A DNA stretch of 64,000 nucleotides. It comes from Lepidodermella squamata. Taxonomy: Eukaryota; Animalia; Gastrotricha. The notes under the pieces are model-generated. The model was given only the letters and a program-made list of their open reading frames with translations. It did no database searches and was not told the DNA's origin. Where the stretch lies: NCBI GenBank assembly GCA_047495785.1, contig JBLDXI010000009.1:5146001-5210000 (forward strand), in the 5' to 3' direction. A program made the position numbers and the translations under genes. Positions 60,401-64,000 of the stretch are shown here, piece after piece (the stretch's first letter is position 1; each line of letters begins with the position of its first letter).

Positions 60401-63400
60401 AACGGTATTTCTATCTACCAGGGTTTTGGAGAAACTCACGCTAGCCAAAAATGTCCGAAATTACCCGATGTCCGAAGAATGACTGCGTTACAGTATGCTG
60501 TATTTTGTGTATTGTCGTTCGGAAACAGCACTTTCTACAGAAAATGCAATAATTTTCTACGCGTTCGTAAATTCGCTGTTTTTATGCAGTATAAAGTGTA
60601 TTTTCCCAGAGGGGTTTTTGTATTCGCAACAGAAAATACACTTACAGCTACAGTTTTTTGCATTCGAAAATTCGCTACAGAAATACTGAGGGTTATTTTG
60701 GAAGTATCTTTATGGTAAAGTCGACTCTATCGATAAGGCCAACTTCATCCGATAAAGTCGTCATTAGCTCAAGTCGACTTTATCGGATGAAGTTGGCTTT
60801 ATCTGGCAAAAAAGCTAAAAGCTTGGCGCCAGTTTCAAATTGCTCAGCATTTGTCGTGACCTACTTTTAACCAGCTTCTGTTATTGATATGATTCGTTAT
60901 CCAATTAGGCCAGCAAGTGTTTTGAGGTCAAAATGCTCGATTTCGGACAAAAATCGGTCGTTAAATTTGACTTGAGTCGACTTCGTAAACTAAGTCACAT
61001 TTGTGAATGATTTACTATTTCTGCATTTTGCACAGATGCAACAATTTTATGTAATGGGTGCAATAAGGTAAATTATCGCACATTACATAAAGCAGTTAGG
61101 GGGAGGATTTTTCGCGGTTTGTCGGTTTCGCTGTTCTGCGCAATCTCTCCTTGACGTCCTACCTAATTATCTCCGAAGGTATGATGGCAATGAAAATTCT
61201 GTGAACGGATTATGATCCGTGAAAGGCTTCCAAAGGGGGGTTTCACAAAGAACCGACTTACCCGATTTATTAGGTATTGAAATCTTAAGAGGATTAAAAC
61301 CGCCTAAGTAAAAAGCTGAATATGGTTAACCGGAAGCGTAATTGATTTTGGGATATATTTTTTATTATCATGAATTACGACGTCTAGATTTTGGATCTAG
61401 GGTAAAATTCATTGTTGATAAAAGCTTCCTTTCGACGCCGTCACACTGCACTTTTTGCGGTAGTTTCACTCCGCGTTCAATTCGCTAAATATTTGGCTTT
61501 CTTGCTGAAATGTCCAGTCAGCCGGCCGGAATTTAGTCGACCCATACCCAACCAGAAACCGGTCAACTTACAACAGGGTAAACCCGACCTTTTTCCACCG
61601 CTGACCATTGGCGATATTTCTCGGCGGGACCGGGCGTCAAGATCCAAAGACAAGATCCATGTCATAAGATGATCGCTCGTGAGACGGTTACTAACAAAAC
61701 TTGGCGGCGTTGCGTGCGGGTGAAGGGGTGAAGGGGGTCGGTGACGACAAAACCGTGAAACAAAGCAGCGTGGTAGGCGAAAAACCAGTGTTTCCCCCCA
61801 GTATATGGACTGAGATTGCAGCTGAAACTGTATATAGAGAACAGTCGGACATCATAAAAGTGCTAGACGTGACACACTGGCGGCACTCCACACGCTGGGC
61901 GACAAACAAGCAAACATGTTCACGATAATATAAACGGCTCACATTCGAATGTTTTGTTTTTAAAACAGGGCATTTATCGCGAGCTGTCGATTGTTGTCGG
62001 AGTGGTAATTGTTCCTATAACAGTATTTTTATTTAATTTACGGTAAAAAATATTTTCCAAAGCCGCTGGAACACACACGCCCAGATCGTGACCAGTACAT
62101 AAACGTCTTGAGGAATTCCCGGTAACGTACTAACAAAAAGTCAATGTAGTCACTTGTGATTTCAACGTAGGTGGTCGACTTACAAACAGCCGAACTTCAA
62201 CGATTACGGTGTGCCATTCGACTATGCCTCGGTCACCATGTCTCATCCTACTATTGGTGGCGGCTTATTCCAGCCGAAAGACTGGCGATATGTCGGGGCG
62301 ATGAACGCAGCCCTACCAACTTTCAATAACATCAAGTTTGTTAACATGATTTACGATTGCTTATGTGAGGATGTGCATCACGACTCGAATGTTGAAATAA
62401 GCCATATTGAACTTTCAGCGAAATGCAATGGCACCGGTCCTGATTGCAAATATGGTGGCTATCGCGATCCGAAAGCTTGCGATCGGTGCAAATGCCCGCC
62501 CGGGTTCGGCGGTAAAACCTGCGAATCGTTGCCGCCATTTGAGGGTGAAACTTGTGGGGGCGTGATCAATCTGCCGTCGTGCATTTCAGTGGCTATAGAA
62601 TCGCCCAACTATCCGAACTCTTATCCAATGGGCAGCAGCTGTTCATGGCGCATAAAAAGCTCAACGGTGATTTATAGTCGGTGGCTAATACAACGATTTT
62701 TACATGTATATTTTCATTTCAGCCTGGTATGGTATTCGCCTTCGACGGAAAACCAGATTTAACTTCGGGAATAAGTACGTGTAACGTGCAATTCAAGGTT
62801 TATATTTTTCGGACGGTATTTTGAACCTCTTTGTTATTATGTCATGTTCTTAAGTGATTGGTACTGAATCGTTTATTTTATGCTGAATTTTAGTGAATGA
62901 AGGTCTTTCTACTTACACCGACACGTGTTTGGATTACGTTGAATTTCGTAATCCGGAAGATGGAACGTTGCCGTATCCTCGATTTTGCTCGTACGGCGTC
63001 ACTTCTGGTAAAATCTATGAAACTAACGGCACCACCGCTGTTGTCCACTTCAAAGCGAACTCCAAGAAACCGGGCAAGGGTTTTAGGCTAATAGCAAGAT
63101 CTATCTGCCCGACGGACAACAAGCAAGAACTTCGACTGACGGCGAGTGGTTACGACTACGAAGGCATTGCTGCAAATACAGCCAACGGCACGAATTGTCT
63201 GCCATGGCCGCCCATCACCGACTGGGTTGCGCAATTCTATGAGATGCTCAAATATCCAAGGGGGCTTGTTAACGATTCGGCAAACTACCTTCGCAATCCA
63301 GAGTCCAAGTCGACTGGTCTCTACTGCATCACTGGTGAAGGACCGAAGGATGGAGCGAACGTACCGATGACTACCATAAGTATATTTAATGTTTTTTAGA

Positions 63401-64000
63401 AATGTTAATGCTATCTTCGTAACTTTGCTTCACAACAGATTTGCCACTCAAGCGCTGTGCAGCTAAAAGTAATCTAGAGTTCATGGGATGCCGCGTGAAC
63501 TGCTCAGCTGGAGAGTCAGAAATAGCGAGCCCTGAACCTTTTTACGGTGATTATTGCAACAAAGGGGTAATTAGTCAATATTGAATTTCACGTTCTTAAA
63601 AGACGCTTGATTGCTATTTTTATTTCCAGTCAGCCAAAAAGTGTTCCATTGGAAACACCGGAACATTTCGATGCACCAATGGTGGTTCAGGATGCAATCA
63701 AGCTGGCGAAAGCACGGTGTGATGGAAATGTGGTTTACATGTAATTTCGGACAACTTTTGCTGTTTCAGGTGCGCCCTTTGTATTCAGGATACAAATATT
63801 TCGGCCGTAACTGGCTCGACTGCAATCACGTGGACGGAATGGTTTGTCACTACACTATCCTTATCGCCAATGCTAATTGAGCTGAACCCTTTTAGAAATA
63901 TTATCAGTGCTACAAAGTCAAAACGAACGGTTTTGTTGATTGCCGCCGTTCTAGCTGTCGTGAAGGCGAGGCAAGTTTACCCAATACATTTCTGCGAACG
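54500..64000 (+). CDS. Secreted astacin-like pseudo-metalloprotease B (paralog of A); continues past the window end
   Basis: Exons 54500-54556, 54631-54699, 55498-55693, 55749-55872, 59172-59241, 61969-62004, 62063-62121, 62171-62364, 62419-62666, 62723-62774, 62894-63379, 63439-63566, 63630-63716, 63770-63841 and 63896-~63970. Intron positions and phases match A through the core. The zinc-site equivalent reads RELSIVVGVPLEHTRPDRD. Confidence 0.88.
56308..56487. mobile_element. Palindromic ~180-bp MITE, family copy 2 (intronic)
   Basis: CAGGGTGGCCAAAAAATCCTGCAGAGCG...CGCTCTGCAAAATGTTTTGGCCACCGTG|TA, colinear with 43107-43286. Confidence 0.85.
57478..59124. mobile_element. Young non-autonomous DNA transposon with ~360-380-bp near-perfect TIRs, inside intron 4 of pseudo-astacin B
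   Basis: 57478-57858 is the reverse complement of 58764-59124, differing by a ~19-bp insertion, a 1-bp indel and a few substitutions. Ends read AAT|AGGGTAAACC...GGTTTACCCT|AAT (3-bp AAT TSD, PIF/Harbinger-like), or alternatively TA|GGG...CCC|TA. This explains the mirror ORFs 57491-57691 and 58912-59343. Confidence 0.88.
59673..59709. repeat. Short (GTATTCT)n-type microsatellite, about 5 units
   Basis: Sequence gtattctgtattctgtatctgtattctgtattctgta. Confidence 0.7.
59888..60158. mobile_element. Probable MITE carrying a degenerate tRNA-like segment
   Basis: Imperfect TIRs (ctCGGCTAATTTCGGACA / TGTCCGAAATAAGCCGgg) flank an internal minus-strand B-box GGTTCAAATCCC near 60022-60033. Confidence 0.45.
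60732..60803. repeat. 72-nt hairpin (29-bp stem, 14-nt loop) in an intron of pseudo-astacin B
   Basis: GATAAGGCCAACTTCATCCGATAAAGTCG-tcattagctcaagt-CGACTTTATCGGATGAAGTTGGCTTTATC, with one G-U pair. Confidence 0.75.

Overview
This is eukaryotic (invertebrate-like metazoan) genomic DNA with AT-rich GT-AG introns, many only 53-65 nt long. From left to right it holds: (1) a minus-strand, multi-exon coiled-coil protein gene that runs off the left edge; (2) an EF-hand mitochondrial carrier (SCaMC/SLC25A23-25 type) with one GC-AG intron; (3) two paralogous box C/D snoRNAs, one in an intron of each of those two genes, with a guide matching 28S rRNA; (4) an intronless PIX/ARHGEF7 RhoGEF; (5) six tandem AADAC/NCEH1-like (HSL-family) alpha/beta hydrolases, four with GDSAG, one probable pseudoenzyme (GDGAG, HGNLP) and one with Ser->Cys (GDCCG); (6) two tiny secreted single-PAN/apple-domain genes; (7) an intron-containing tRNA-Tyr(GUA); (8) two secreted astacin-EGF-CUB-kringle-Cys-rich genes that have lost all three zinc-binding His yet keep intact reading frames. 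DNA transposons are common: a MULE transposase relic, a 1.7-kb element with a 9-bp TSD inside a promoter, a 1.65-kb long-TIR element and several Tc1/mariner-type MITEs. The best novelty candidates are the zinc-less pseudo-astacin/kringle pair, the active-site-diversified hydrolase cluster and the snoRNA duplicated between neighbouring host genes. All gene models were spliced by eye and no database search was run.
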